From a virus (lineage: Duplodnaviria; Heunggongvirae; Uroviricota; Caudoviricetes): a stretch of 64,000 bases of DNA. The position numbers were made by a program, and so were the translations under genes. Positions 47,270 to 56,568 of the stretch are shown piece by piece; the stretch's first letter is position 1, and each line of letters starts with the position of its first letter. The DNA lies in IMG/VR virus record IMGVR_UViG_3300042401_001180, one strand, 5' to 3'. The notes under the pieces are model-generated. The model made no database searches, was not told where the DNA came from, and worked only from the letters and a program-made list of their open reading frames with translations.

Positions 47270-47997
47270 ACTGTTAAATCTATAAACCAAACTGATATTG
47301 GTATGTTTAGTTGATCAGCTACTGTTGATCGTTTGTGTCCACCAATTAATGTGTATTCATTTTTTTCTCTTCCTCCTGTTGGTAGTTTCATTACAAATGG
47401 TGCTGGAAGTTCTCTATGGTTTTCGTTTCTTAAGTTTTCTATATTATCAACATAACCTTTGTGGTTTGGGTTAACTTCTCCATCATCATTTGTCATTTGT
47501 TTAATTAATCCTGATGATGTGGTATCTTTAAATTTATATGGAAATACTTTTGAGAATCTTCCCATATAATATGTGCTGTTTATTTTTTCCTCTCCCCATT
47601 CTTCCATTCTTCCTTTATTAAACAAATTAAACCCTTCCATTTGTGATTCCCCATCTTTTAATAGAACTCTTCTAAAATCATCCCAATCATTCATTAAATC
47701 AGATATTTCTTTATCTAATAGAATGTCTTTAATTTCTTGCTCATTATCCACTTCACTTCCTTTTGCGTGTTCCGCAATCATTTTGAATGTGTGTGGGAAT
47801 ATGGAATACATTAAATCGTAATTTTGTGGATGAAAGAATTCATCTTTGCTAAACCTCATAGCATTCCCAAGTAATTCATCTAACTCTTGGGTAAAGTATT
47901 CTCTTGTTGGTTCTAACCAAGTAATGGAATATGGGTTTGACACTTCATTCAGTCCCATCATTGATTGTATTCTTGATATTTGTTCTTGTAAATTCAT
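47266..47997 (-). CDS. Leader-bearing protein with ParB/Srx-like C-terminal motif
   Basis: MNLQEQISRIQSMMGLNE; P..V......Y.LIGGHKR...A..L.IPI.VW. Confidence 0.6.
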   Translation of the reverse strand: MNLQEQISRIQSMMGLNEVSNPYSITWLEPTREYFTQELDELLGNAMRFSKDEFFHPQNYDLMYSIFPHTFKMIAEHAKGSEVDNEQEIKDILLDKEISDLMNDWDDFRRVLLKDGESQMEGFNLFNKGRMEEWGEEKINSTYYMGRFSKVFPYKFKDTTSSGLIKQMTNDDGEVNPNHKGYVDNIENLRNENHRELPAPFVMKLPTGGREKNEYTLIGGHKRSTVADQLNIPISVWFIDLTV

Positions 47998-48368
47998 ATA
48001 AAATATATATCTTCAACTTCTATTATGTTATTACCTATCCACTTTCTTAGTCTACCTTCTAACTCATCCACAAATGATTCTTCATCCATAAACAGTTGGC
48101 TTGTGCTAACTTTAATTTTAACAATTATTACTGGCTTATCATTGTGATAATCAAACCCCGTGACTTCTACTTGTGGTTTTGAGTATTCTAAAAAATCACA
48201 TACATCAAATGAAACCATATCGGTTGTATCTTCTGCACTCTGTGTAAAACATATTTCTTTCATTCGTTCCATTTCCATATCTATCAGGTATTGGAACGTC
48301 TCATTACTATTAATACGTTTTGATTCATTAAACTCTTCCCTTAATACCTTTCTAATTAAATTTTTCAT
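47994..48368 (-). CDS. Leader-bearing hypothetical protein (MKNLIRKVLREE), paralog of 59468-59863
   Basis: Q.LID......K...V....V.EL......G.N.I pattern. Confidence 0.8.
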   Translation of the reverse strand: MKNLIRKVLREEFNESKRINSNETFQYLIDMEMERMKEICFTQSAEDTTDMVSFDVCDFLEYSKPQVEVTGFDYHNDKPVIIVKIKVSTSQLFMDEESFVDELEGRLRKWIGNNIIEVEDIYFI

Positions 48369-49045
48369 TCTAAATAAAGATTAAAATAATCATAATCTTT
48401 GTCAAAAAACGCCGTGTTTGATGCTAAAACTAAAAGTACTTCATCAAAAAATGAGTATAACCCTTCGTTCCAATCATCAAGATTATCTTCATCAAGATTA
48501 TCAAAAAACTCACGTCTTGGTATAATTTCTTCATTATCACCATGTGAATCGTATTTGTATATTTTATTAAAATTAAAATATCCATAAAAAGATATCTCGT
48601 CTGAATATGTACTAATTTCGAAAGATTTATAATCTAAATTAAAAAAAAACATATTACTGTGGGTGTCACATCTAAACTCCTTTTTATTTTTTAATATTTG
48701 ATTGATTTTACTTGTATCCCCTTCGTTTAAATAACAATTATCTCTTGGTTTATCATAAAAACCCCTAACAAACCTGTCGTATTTTTGATAATCTCCGTTT
48801 ATCATTGCACAAAAAGTTCTAAATTCATCACCAATAACTCCATCTAAAACGCCGTAATTAAATGATCTATCGTTTGGGTTTTCGACATTCCACATTATTT
48901 TAGTTCCGTCATAGGTAGGATGTAACATTAAATCCTCAAAATATAATGGTTGTTGATTTAAATATTGTTCATAAAAAAACCGTACGGGATTAAATTTATT
49001 TTCTTCTTCCTTTAATATTCTTCTTATTTGTTCTTGTAAGTTCAT
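48365..49045 (-). CDS. Leader-bearing NPND.S family protein (MNLQEQIRRILKEE)
   Basis: W.VENPNDRSF. Confidence 0.8.
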   Translation of the reverse strand: MNLQEQIRRILKEEENKFNPVRFFYEQYLNQQPLYFEDLMLHPTYDGTKIMWNVENPNDRSFNYGVLDGVIGDEFRTFCAMINGDYQKYDRFVRGFYDKPRDNCYLNEGDTSKINQILKNKKEFRCDTHSNMFFFNLDYKSFEISTYSDEISFYGYFNFNKIYKYDSHGDNEEIIPRREFFDNLDEDNLDDWNEGLYSFFDEVLLVLASNTAFFDKDYDYFNLYLE

Positions 49046-49051
49046 ATATGA

Positions 49052-49390
49052 TTAAAATAACCCTTTATCTTTTATTCTATTTAGTTTTCGTTTATATTCA
49101 ATAACTTTTTCAGGATAAACGAACAACACACCCTTAAATTCAAATGTGTGATTGTCAATTAAATCGTCAACATCAAAACCTGGCCAATTATCAAAAAATT
49201 CAATATCATTGGTCCTATATTCTCCGTCATTATCAAAACTCCAAGCTCTAGGTCTTATAATGACATCAAGGTCATTAACGTCTTTAATCATTCCCGTAAT
49301 AACAAGAGGAGCCGAACCAAATACTGCGTATTCACCATATGGTAAATCATAAGTTTTTAAAAGTTCTAATAAGGTATCAAGTCGTTTCAT
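49052..49390 (-). CDS. Small Pol-beta-superfamily nucleotidyltransferase-like protein
   Basis: YAVFGS..L...G.....NDLDV. Confidence 0.7.
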   Translation of the reverse strand: MKRLDTLLELLKTYDLPYGEYAVFGSAPLVITGMIKDVNDLDVIIRPRAWSFDNDGEYRTNDIEFFDNWPGFDVDDLIDNHTFEFKGVLFVYPEKVIEYKRKLNRIKDKGLF

Positions 49391-49416
49391 TTAAAAATGT
49401 TATCTTGTAGGTTCAT
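49387..49416 (-). pseudogene. Orphan 9-codon leader remnant MNLQDNIFK overlapping the NTase start (ATGA)
   Basis: atgaacctacaaga matches the 5' ends of 46289 and 46855; TATTTAT upstream. Confidence 0.65.
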
Positions 49417-49458
49417 AAATATAAATATATCTATAATACAATTATGTTGTCGTATACG

Positions 49459-49872
49459 TTATACTGTATAACAACCATAATCCCAATTACGTACTTGACC
49501 TGGTATAGTTATACCAATATTATCAAATGAAGAACTTCTATGTATATTAACGTATGTATCGGCATTGTTTGCCATATCTATACCACCTAATAAATCTTTA
49601 TAGTAATCTGATGATTTTGTTTTAATAATCTTTGGATCAGGTAAATTAATTACCTCCATATATATTTTAAACATCTTCTCAGGTAAGTAAGTTCTTAATT
49701 TTGATTCAATTGTTAATTTACTGGTTAGTTTAACTAAATGAAAAAAACTACTAAGGGTATCTGATTTTTTTGCATCAAAAAGTTTTGTGATGTGATAAAC
49801 ATTATCTTTTACTTCTACCTTGATTCCGTCGGTATCTAATATGTCTATTATATATTCTATTCTATGATCCAT
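49459..49872 (-). CDS. Hypothetical protein with host-type promoter
   Basis: 137 aa; TATATTTG at 49884-49877. Confidence 0.7.
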   Translation of the reverse strand: MDHRIEYIIDILDTDGIKVEVKDNVYHITKLFDAKKSDTLSSFFHLVKLTSKLTIESKLRTYLPEKMFKIYMEVINLPDPKIIKTKSSDYYKDLLGGIDMANNADTYVNIHRSSSFDNIGITIPGQVRNWDYGCYTV

Positions 49873-49910
49873 TCTACAAATATAAGAATAAAATATCAGT
49901 AAAAAAGAAT

Positions 49911-50633
49911 TTAATTAATAATTATTATTTTCCAATTCCCATCATAATCTTCCACAAGACAAGTTGAGTTTTCACAGAAGTCCCCTGAGTTCATATAGTC
50001 ACTCTCTAATTTTGGTTGGTGTATGTGACCACAAACCGCAACATCATATCCTTTTTGTTTTGTTAACCCCTTTGCGTTCTCCTCAAAATCGGACACAAAG
50101 TTAATTGCTCCCTTTACAGACTGTTTAATGTCGTTTGCTAACGAATGGTATGGTAGATTGAATTTTCTTCTTATGAAGTTATAAAATGTATTTAATTTAA
50201 TAACCAAATCATAGGACCACCCACCAATAACAGCTAACCACCTCATCTTCATTATAACAAAGTCCAATACATCCCCGTGAAAACAATAATAACTTCTACC
50301 ATCAGCTCCAATGTGCGTGTATTTTCTAACTATTTGAATGTTATTCATAAAGAATGGAACAAATGGTTTTAAAAAGTCGTCGTGATTACCTCTGATATAA
50401 ATTACATTGGTTCCCTGTTCCGATCTTTTCATAAACTTTCTGAATACTTTTGAACATTCTTTTTTCCATTTACCTCCTGACTTTAATGCCCATCCATCAA
50501 TTATATCCCCGTTTAATATTAACGTGTCTGATTCGTTTTGTTCTAAGAATTTTAGTATCTTGTCTGTTTGTGATTGTCTTGCACCAAGATGTAAGTCGCT
50601 CATTATAATTGTTCTCCACTTTTTCATTTCCAA
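49911..50633 (-). CDS. Calcineurin-like metallophosphoesterase, UDP-2,3-diacylglucosamine diphosphatase (LpxH-like) family
   Basis: SDLHLG, LNGDIID, RGNHD, FHGD, CGHIH, Y.NSGD..E....L.E...G.W. Confidence 0.85.
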   Translation of the reverse strand: MEMKKWRTIIMSDLHLGARQSQTDKILKFLEQNESDTLILNGDIIDGWALKSGGKWKKECSKVFRKFMKRSEQGTNVIYIRGNHDDFLKPFVPFFMNNIQIVRKYTHIGADGRSYYCFHGDVLDFVIMKMRWLAVIGGWSYDLVIKLNTFYNFIRRKFNLPYHSLANDIKQSVKGAINFVSDFEENAKGLTKQKGYDVAVCGHIHQPKLESDYMNSGDFCENSTCLVEDYDGNWKIIIIN

Positions 50634-51346
50634 TACCCTTTATCGTTTGTGAAATATGTTTTATTGTTTTGATTAAAAAATGATGACATCATTAATTTTA
50701 ACATATAGATAACCCCTTTATTTTCAAATCTTCTTGGTGGTGTGTATACTATATTTTTAATTCTTCCAAACTTTTTTGGTTTGATTTGTTTTGAGAATAT
50801 ATAATCCTCAGCAACTTTTACGTCCTCATCAAACCCACCGATTTCTTTAAAGGTTTCTGATCTAACTAACATAAATCCACCTAAACAGAATGGTGTTGAC
50901 CACTTTGACATTAACTGTATAAAATCGAATGTTTTATAAACGTAGTTATAGTTACCGTTATCTGATCTAAACTTAGTTGTTACAAGATCCAAATGATATC
51001 TATCTATTTTAATTATTGAACGTATTAGAATTTTAGGGTCTAATAGGAACACATCGGCATCCATAAATAGTACGTATGGTGTTGTAACAAGTTTGAATCC
51101 ATTGTTTCTTGCCTTTGATGGTAGTCCACCGTCCATAACATATAAATTAAATAAGTCAGTGTTACTATCATACTCCAATCTATCTAATAAATTGGGTCTT
51201 GTGATTCCATCATTTGATGCGTCGCACACAATTACTTTAACATTGGAGACGTCTTTTTGGTGATTTAATAAATCTAATGTTTTTTGGATAATTCCCTTCT
51301 CATTTTTACAAGGGATAACGATGGTTAATAAGTTTTTTAAATCCAT
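50624..51346 (-). CDS. Glycosyltransferase family 2
   Basis: IVIPCKNE, VIVCDAS.DG, ARN.G, F.DAD, GGF.E.....ED. Confidence 0.9.
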   Translation of the reverse strand: MDLKNLLTIVIPCKNEKGIIQKTLDLLNHQKDVSNVKVIVCDASNDGITRPNLLDRLEYDSNTDLFNLYVMDGGLPSKARNNGFKLVTTPYVLFMDADVFLLDPKILIRSIIKIDRYHLDLVTTKFRSDNGNYNYVYKTFDFIQLMSKWSTPFCLGGFMLVRSETFKEIGGFDEDVKVAEDYIFSKQIKPKKFGRIKNIVYTPPRRFENKGVIYMLKLMMSSFFNQNNKTYFTNDKGYWK

Positions 51347-51415
51347 ATATTATAAATATAATTTATATTGTACTAATAATAGGACTTAACAATTTAATAA
51401 TCAACTAATAAATTT

Positions 51416-53344
51416 TTACTTACTAATTGGATCCCATTCGCAATTTGGTTTGCCGTATGATCCAACATACAAATTATCTATTGGTATATATTGTTTGATG
51501 GTGTTTTTAACCTCCATTCTTAATTTTGAAATGTGACTCTGCATAGCAGGAACATAAATAAACTTTTCATTCATTTCTTCTGTTCCAATAACAAGATATG
51601 CCGTATACATATCATCCTCATCGTCGTATGAAACATTTATATCACAGACACCCTCCTCATCTTTAAATGGTTCAACTAATTCTTCAATTAGACTTAAATA
51701 TTTTGGTTCAGTTTCTTTTGATTCATTTATAACATTTCCTTCATTATCGTATTTTAGTTTAATGGCATCCAAGCGAAAATCTGAATCAGTGTTATGCTGT
51801 TCATGGTGCCAATACGGACGAAGTTTAATGCCTGTATATTCATATATTTCATGTTGTATTTGTTCGGCAAAATAAGTCTCTTCATTACCAAAATCTTTAT
51901 CGTTATCAAAATAAACTATTATCATTGGTTTATTTTCATATTTTTTAATTTTAATAAAACTAACCTCATCAAAAAGCGTATGTATTAAATCTTTAACCAT
52001 TTTAAGTTTATTATTTTCAGATTTGTCAATTGATTCCATTAATCCCCAATCCTTACCTGTGCCTTCACGCTTTAATGTTATTGCATCTACGGGTATGTTT
52101 TCAAATGTCACTATATGTTTTGATCTTGATTCGTAGTGTTTATCTTTGTACCACTTAACATCAGGTATCATTTCAGTATTAATTTCCCATACATCGTCAT
52201 CGTATGTAGAATCAAACGACGCTCTTTTATTTGTTGAGTTAGTAGCAAAGATTGCTGGTATACATTTTTCTCCGTAACCTGCATATATTTTATAACATTC
52301 TCCAGCCCTTACTTTTAACCCTTCATTTAATATTTTATCTCTAACCTTTGGATTAGATTTATGTATAACAATTTTGTTTGGCGTTATTTCTTTTCCTGCA
52401 GGACTATAATTTTCTTTTGACTCTCTAAGATATATGTTTTTCTTTCCACAATCTTTAACGGTTTTGTGATATACATCTACCCCCTCATTTGTGTAATTAT
52501 AAATCACGTCCCAAACCTCATCCATTACATCATCATACATTCTTTGAACCCCTTGAGTTTGTGGCCAAAGTTTTGTACCAGGTCCACCAATAAATATTAT
52601 TGTAACACTTATAAACTTAAATGGAGTATTGCCCAAAGTGTCAAACCTTTCGTGTGGTTCTTTCACTTCAAACCCACAAATAACGTGCTCATACTCAGGT
52701 AATACTATAGTATTTAATACTTTTTCAATAATTTCTTTTTGTGATTCTTTTTTAGATTCGTTCAAAAATTCAGGTTCATCCTCACAACTATCAACAAACC
52801 ACGGCGTGTATATATAAACACGTATTCCCATTGATCGTATTGTATTATCTAAAAACTCTAACTCTTTTTGCGTGTCGTCAATATTGAAGTCTAAATTTGC
52901 ATATTTAGAACGTATTTCATATTCCCCGTCCATCTTGTTATATTCTACCCAAATATCACATAAACCATCCCAACTAACTTGTTTTATTATGGTTCTTATA
53001 ACATTTAGATTTCTTTCTATTTCTTTGGGTGTTTCTTTGATATTTTCATTAAGTTCTTCTTCGTATTCCTCAGTATCAATATAAAAATCGGGTTGGTTAT
53101 CGTGTTCTCTATCCTCATGCCAAGGAACAACATCTAAACCCGTATATTGACTAATCATATCACATATTTCGGTGGGTATTAACATTTGTCGGTTATCACG
53201 ATTAGTATAATATATCATAACCTCATTTCTTTTGGTAACGTATTCTATAAAACTAACATTATCAAACATAGTGTATATAAGATTCTTAACTAACTCAAAT
53301 TTGTTAGTTTCTTCCTTTAATATGTGTTTAATAAGTCCTCTCAT
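51416..53344 (-). CDS. Leader-bearing six-module polyprotein-like protein including an ADP-ribosyltransferase-fold-like module
   Basis: MRGLIKHILKEE; junctions LNE, LNE, LRE, LME, INE; modules 1 and 5 are paralogous. Confidence 0.8.
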   Translation of the reverse strand: MRGLIKHILKEETNKFELVKNLIYTMFDNVSFIEYVTKRNEVMIYYTNRDNRQMLIPTEICDMISQYTGLDVVPWHEDREHDNQPDFYIDTEEYEEELNENIKETPKEIERNLNVIRTIIKQVSWDGLCDIWVEYNKMDGEYEIRSKYANLDFNIDDTQKELEFLDNTIRSMGIRVYIYTPWFVDSCEDEPEFLNESKKESQKEIIEKVLNTIVLPEYEHVICGFEVKEPHERFDTLGNTPFKFISVTIIFIGGPGTKLWPQTQGVQRMYDDVMDEVWDVIYNYTNEGVDVYHKTVKDCGKKNIYLRESKENYSPAGKEITPNKIVIHKSNPKVRDKILNEGLKVRAGECYKIYAGYGEKCIPAIFATNSTNKRASFDSTYDDDVWEINTEMIPDVKWYKDKHYESRSKHIVTFENIPVDAITLKREGTGKDWGLMESIDKSENNKLKMVKDLIHTLFDEVSFIKIKKYENKPMIIVYFDNDKDFGNEETYFAEQIQHEIYEYTGIKLRPYWHHEQHNTDSDFRLDAIKLKYDNEGNVINESKETEPKYLSLIEELVEPFKDEEGVCDINVSYDDEDDMYTAYLVIGTEEMNEKFIYVPAMQSHISKLRMEVKNTIKQYIPIDNLYVGSYGKPNCEWDPISK

Positions 53345-53346
53345 TA

Positions 53347-53889
53347 TTATGCTTTTAATGTTTCTACTATACCCCAAATGTCAGACATATCATAAATACG
53401 ACTTGGGTTACTTGGTTGTTGTATAGTTTTTCCGTTTATTTCCCCCAACTGAACATAGGTTTGATGCATTCTAAGTTCATCACTATTAAGTTCAAGAACT
53501 CTTACTGAAGCCTCAACATTAAAAGAATCATATAAAAAATCTTTAAATTTATAATCCTCATCTTTAGTTAATTTATTTTCATTATAAATAATATTAACTA
53601 TTGGCCAACTATTAGTCATCCATATATTCCATTCGGCATCAATAGTTTTAAATGGTAAAACAATTGATGGTTCGTCCCCATCCGTTGTCCAAGATACTTT
53701 AACTAAACCTTTCTGTTTTTCAATTCTTTCAACCATTTCGGGGTCATCTTTAAAAATCCCTTTTAAGTTGTCTAATCCCCCAACCAATTTTGCCGCATAA
53801 AACAATCCATCCGTTTTTATTAAATTAATAATATCTAAATTATTACCTTTAGTCTCCTCCTTTAATATTTTTTTAATTATATGTCTCAT
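53347..53889 (-). CDS. Leader-bearing hypothetical protein (MRHIIKKILKEE)
   Basis: 180 aa; G...AAKLVGG..NL motif also seen in 55741-56175. Confidence 0.8.
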   Translation of the reverse strand: MRHIIKKILKEETKGNNLDIINLIKTDGLFYAAKLVGGLDNLKGIFKDDPEMVERIEKQKGLVKVSWTTDGDEPSIVLPFKTIDAEWNIWMTNSWPIVNIIYNENKLTKDEDYKFKDFLYDSFNVEASVRVLELNSDELRMHQTYVQLGEINGKTIQQPSNPSRIYDMSDIWGIVETLKA

Positions 53890-54368
53890 TAAACAAATAT
53901 AAAATATGAAATATTAATTTCTTTTGGATAGTATCGTTCAGTTTCTCCGAAATAACCTTCAGCTTGGTACATCATTTTATATTCATTAGGTATTAATTCG
54001 TACGAATCTTCAACCGTTTCTTTTATTTTTTTTGATATATCATATTGATCATCGTTTAATCCATAGTCTAACATACTTGTTGGAAAAGCAAGATTTGTTT
54101 TATTTTTAATAAGTTTCTCAATCTCTTCAGGGTATTTTTCGTAAAAAGATCTGAAAGGTAAGTTATAATATTCTTTAACTTTTTTATGATCCACAACTAA
54201 ATCTATATAAAAAAAATATTTAGTATTATCCCAATTATTAGCCTTTTCCCAACCAACAATAAATGGATACGTTTTGTTGGCAACACTAATACATACGTCA
54301 ATACCTTTTTCCACCGATTTATAATCTTTGGTTTCTTCTTTTAATATGTGTCGTATCAAATCTTTCAT
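53889..54368 (-). CDS. Leader-bearing hypothetical protein (MKDLIRHILKEE)
   Basis: 159 aa. Confidence 0.8.
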   Translation of the reverse strand: MKDLIRHILKEETKDYKSVEKGIDVCISVANKTYPFIVGWEKANNWDNTKYFFYIDLVVDHKKVKEYYNLPFRSFYEKYPEEIEKLIKNKTNLAFPTSMLDYGLNDDQYDISKKIKETVEDSYELIPNEYKMMYQAEGYFGETERYYPKEINISYFIFV

Positions 54369-54955
54369 AATTCTCTTTTAATCATATTATACATAAATGA
54401 AGATATCTCTTCAGATGATTTAACATTATTCATTCTAAACTGATGTTTAAATTGTTCTATCATTTGTTTTATTTGTCCTACAGGTACATTTTTGTACATT
54501 TGTGGTGGAACAAATGACGAATCAATATACCCACTTTTAATAAGTTGTCTTAGTTTTAATGCCGCATATTTATCAGCAACAATTTCTGTATTTCTCATAA
54601 AATCAGCAGCCTCATCTATTGTTACTTCACCACTATAACATCTATACATTTCATCAGCTCCATACTTTTTAAACTGGTATTGGTGAGCCACTTCGTGAAG
54701 TATAATGAATATTAACATAGGTAATCGATTATTCAATGCTATGTTATTAATTAATACCCCATTATGTAAAGCCATTCCTAATGCCCCGTATTTAAAATTT
54801 GCAAATTCAATTTTTTGACAATCCGATTCCTCAATAAATGAAATCAAAACGTCCTTGAACTCCGAAACTTCAGGGTATTTACCCTCAATGGTATCAATAA
54901 AACTATCAATATTTTGGGTCTCTTCTTTTAATATTTTTTTAATTATATGTCTCAT
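54365..54955 (-). CDS. Leader-bearing HExxH metalloprotease-like protein
   Basis: MRHIIKKILKEE; ILHEVAHQYQ, downstream E..AD.YA. Confidence 0.7.
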   Translation of the reverse strand: MRHIIKKILKEETQNIDSFIDTIEGKYPEVSEFKDVLISFIEESDCQKIEFANFKYGALGMALHNGVLINNIALNNRLPMLIFIILHEVAHQYQFKKYGADEMYRCYSGEVTIDEAADFMRNTEIVADKYAALKLRQLIKSGYIDSSFVPPQMYKNVPVGQIKQMIEQFKHQFRMNNVKSSEEISSFMYNMIKREL

Positions 54956-55031
54956 CAATGATAAATACCTCAATAAAATATTTATTGGTTAATTTAAACC
55001 TTAATTAGGTTGTTTTTTGTATCTTTATGGT

Positions 55032-55325
55032 ATGAAAGAACTAATCAAATATCTCGTTATTCGTATTACCACTCGTCACGCAAAAACAGCTGCAGACATC
55101 TACCAAACCCTCTATCCTGTTAAGGAAAAAGAGATTGTTTATGTTGCTCGAATCATCAATACAACTACGTCTGAAAACGTGTCAGTATCTTCTGTCGCAA
55201 ACACTAATAGTAAAAAGAATGAGGTTCTTAATTCTTTGGAGTACCTTAAAAATAAACCTGTTAAAACAAAACAGGATAAGGATTCTATCTACTCGTTGGA
55301 GATGGTGTTAAAGAATATGAAATGA
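55032..55325 (+). CDS. Hypothetical protein on the opposite strand
   Basis: 97 aa; near-consensus TATCTTTA upstream. Confidence 0.65.
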   Translation: MKELIKYLVIRITTRHAKTAADIYQTLYPVKEKEIVYVARIINTTTSENVSVSSVANTNSKKNEVLNSLEYLKNKPVKTKQDKDSIYSLEMVLKNMK

Positions 55326-55706
55326 TTAAAAATTAACCCAAGCTTGTGCCTTGAATTCTAATTGTACTGGTGAGCCATAATCTATAACATGAAAATCAAA
55401 GTAATTTTTAAAAATACCGACTATGTCTATTTTTATTCTGCTCAATGGTCTCAATTCTTCTTTTGTTAAATCAACAAATTTTAATGTTACCACAATTACA
55501 TCCACAGTAGGTGTCCCCCTTGTTGATCCTAACTGTACCTTTTTTGTTTTATATTCAACATCAACAAGGTTTGGGTACTGAGATTTAATGTAATCGATAA
55601 TATCACTTTTAGTGCTTTCAAACCTCTCAAATTCCTTATAGTGGTTATCGATAAACTCCTGTCCTTGAAGTTCTTCTTTTAGAATTTTTTTAATAGTGTT
55701 TTTCAT
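55326..55706 (-). CDS. Leader-bearing hypothetical protein (MKNTIKKILKEE)
   Basis: 126 aa. Confidence 0.8.
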   Translation of the reverse strand: MKNTIKKILKEELQGQEFIDNHYKEFERFESTKSDIIDYIKSQYPNLVDVEYKTKKVQLGSTRGTPTVDVIVVTLKFVDLTKEELRPLSRIKIDIVGIFKNYFDFHVIDYGSPVQLEFKAQAWVNF

Positions 55707-55740
55707 TATTTATAAATAGTTCATTTTTAAATTGTATACC

Positions 55741-56175
55741 TCATTCAATATTTCCAATTACTTTTTCTCCATTTGCGTAGATTCTGTGACCCATTAAATT
55801 ATATACATCACGCAACCATATCTTTATGATGTCTTTAATTTCTGATAAATCAAGACTAAACCCATCTTTCAAAAATGACCAAATTTGTTCATAATTAACG
55901 TAAACATATTCAGTTTTTCCGTCGTAAACCATCAAATTATTTCCTTTTTTATATCTAAATAATGTCCAATCTTCATCTTCCACACTCTGAACAACATCCA
56001 AGTCATTAAATAAATGTAAAAATTCTACTGGATTGTTGTTAAACCCTAATTTTACTAAATTTTCTGTACCTCCAACAAGTTCTGCGGTTTCTTCAAAACC
56101 AAACGCTTTAACTTGTTGTTTAAGATTCTGTTTAAGACTTTCTTCTTTTAATATTTTTTTGATTAGTTTTTCCAT
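55741..56175 (-). CDS. Leader-bearing hypothetical protein (MEKLIKKILKEE)
   Basis: YD.K...VY.NY..IWS.L...F.L...EI..II..WL..VY.L domain. Confidence 0.8.
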   Translation of the reverse strand: MEKLIKKILKEESLKQNLKQQVKAFGFEETAELVGGTENLVKLGFNNNPVEFLHLFNDLDVVQSVEDEDWTLFRYKKGNNLMVYDGKTEYVYVNYEQIWSFLKDGFSLDLSEIKDIIKIWLRDVYNLMGHRIYANGEKVIGNIE

Positions 56176-56567
56176 TAGTCGTCGTATTCATCTTGCATTA
56201 AGTGGTATGTCATATATACCCCATTATCTCCCATATTTTCCCATTTACAACCCACAAATAAAGTCATCAAGTAATTATCGTCTATTTCATGTATTTTTTT
56301 TAGTGTTCCATTAGAATTAAAGTTATATTCTCTTGTAACCCTATATAATTCATCATCTACCTTATTAATAATATAATTAAACGAACCAACATCAGGATCC
56401 TCACAGAAAGTTTTAATTGTAATTGTTGTATCAAAAGAGTTATATCTTTCATAATAATTAACCTTTCCTAATTCAATTTCTTGAATTAATTTCTTATCAA
56501 CATTTGATTCAAGTATATAAACCAAAGTGTTTAAAGAGTTTTTAATTGTATCTAATTTATTTTCCAT
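56175..56567 (-). CDS. Hypothetical protein
   Basis: 130 aa ORF in operon. Confidence 0.7.
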   Translation of the reverse strand: MENKLDTIKNSLNTLVYILESNVDKKLIQEIELGKVNYYERYNSFDTTITIKTFCEDPDVGSFNYIINKVDDELYRVTREYNFNSNGTLKKIHEIDDNYLMTLFVGCKWENMGDNGVYMTYHLMQDEYDD

Positions 56568-56568
56568 A

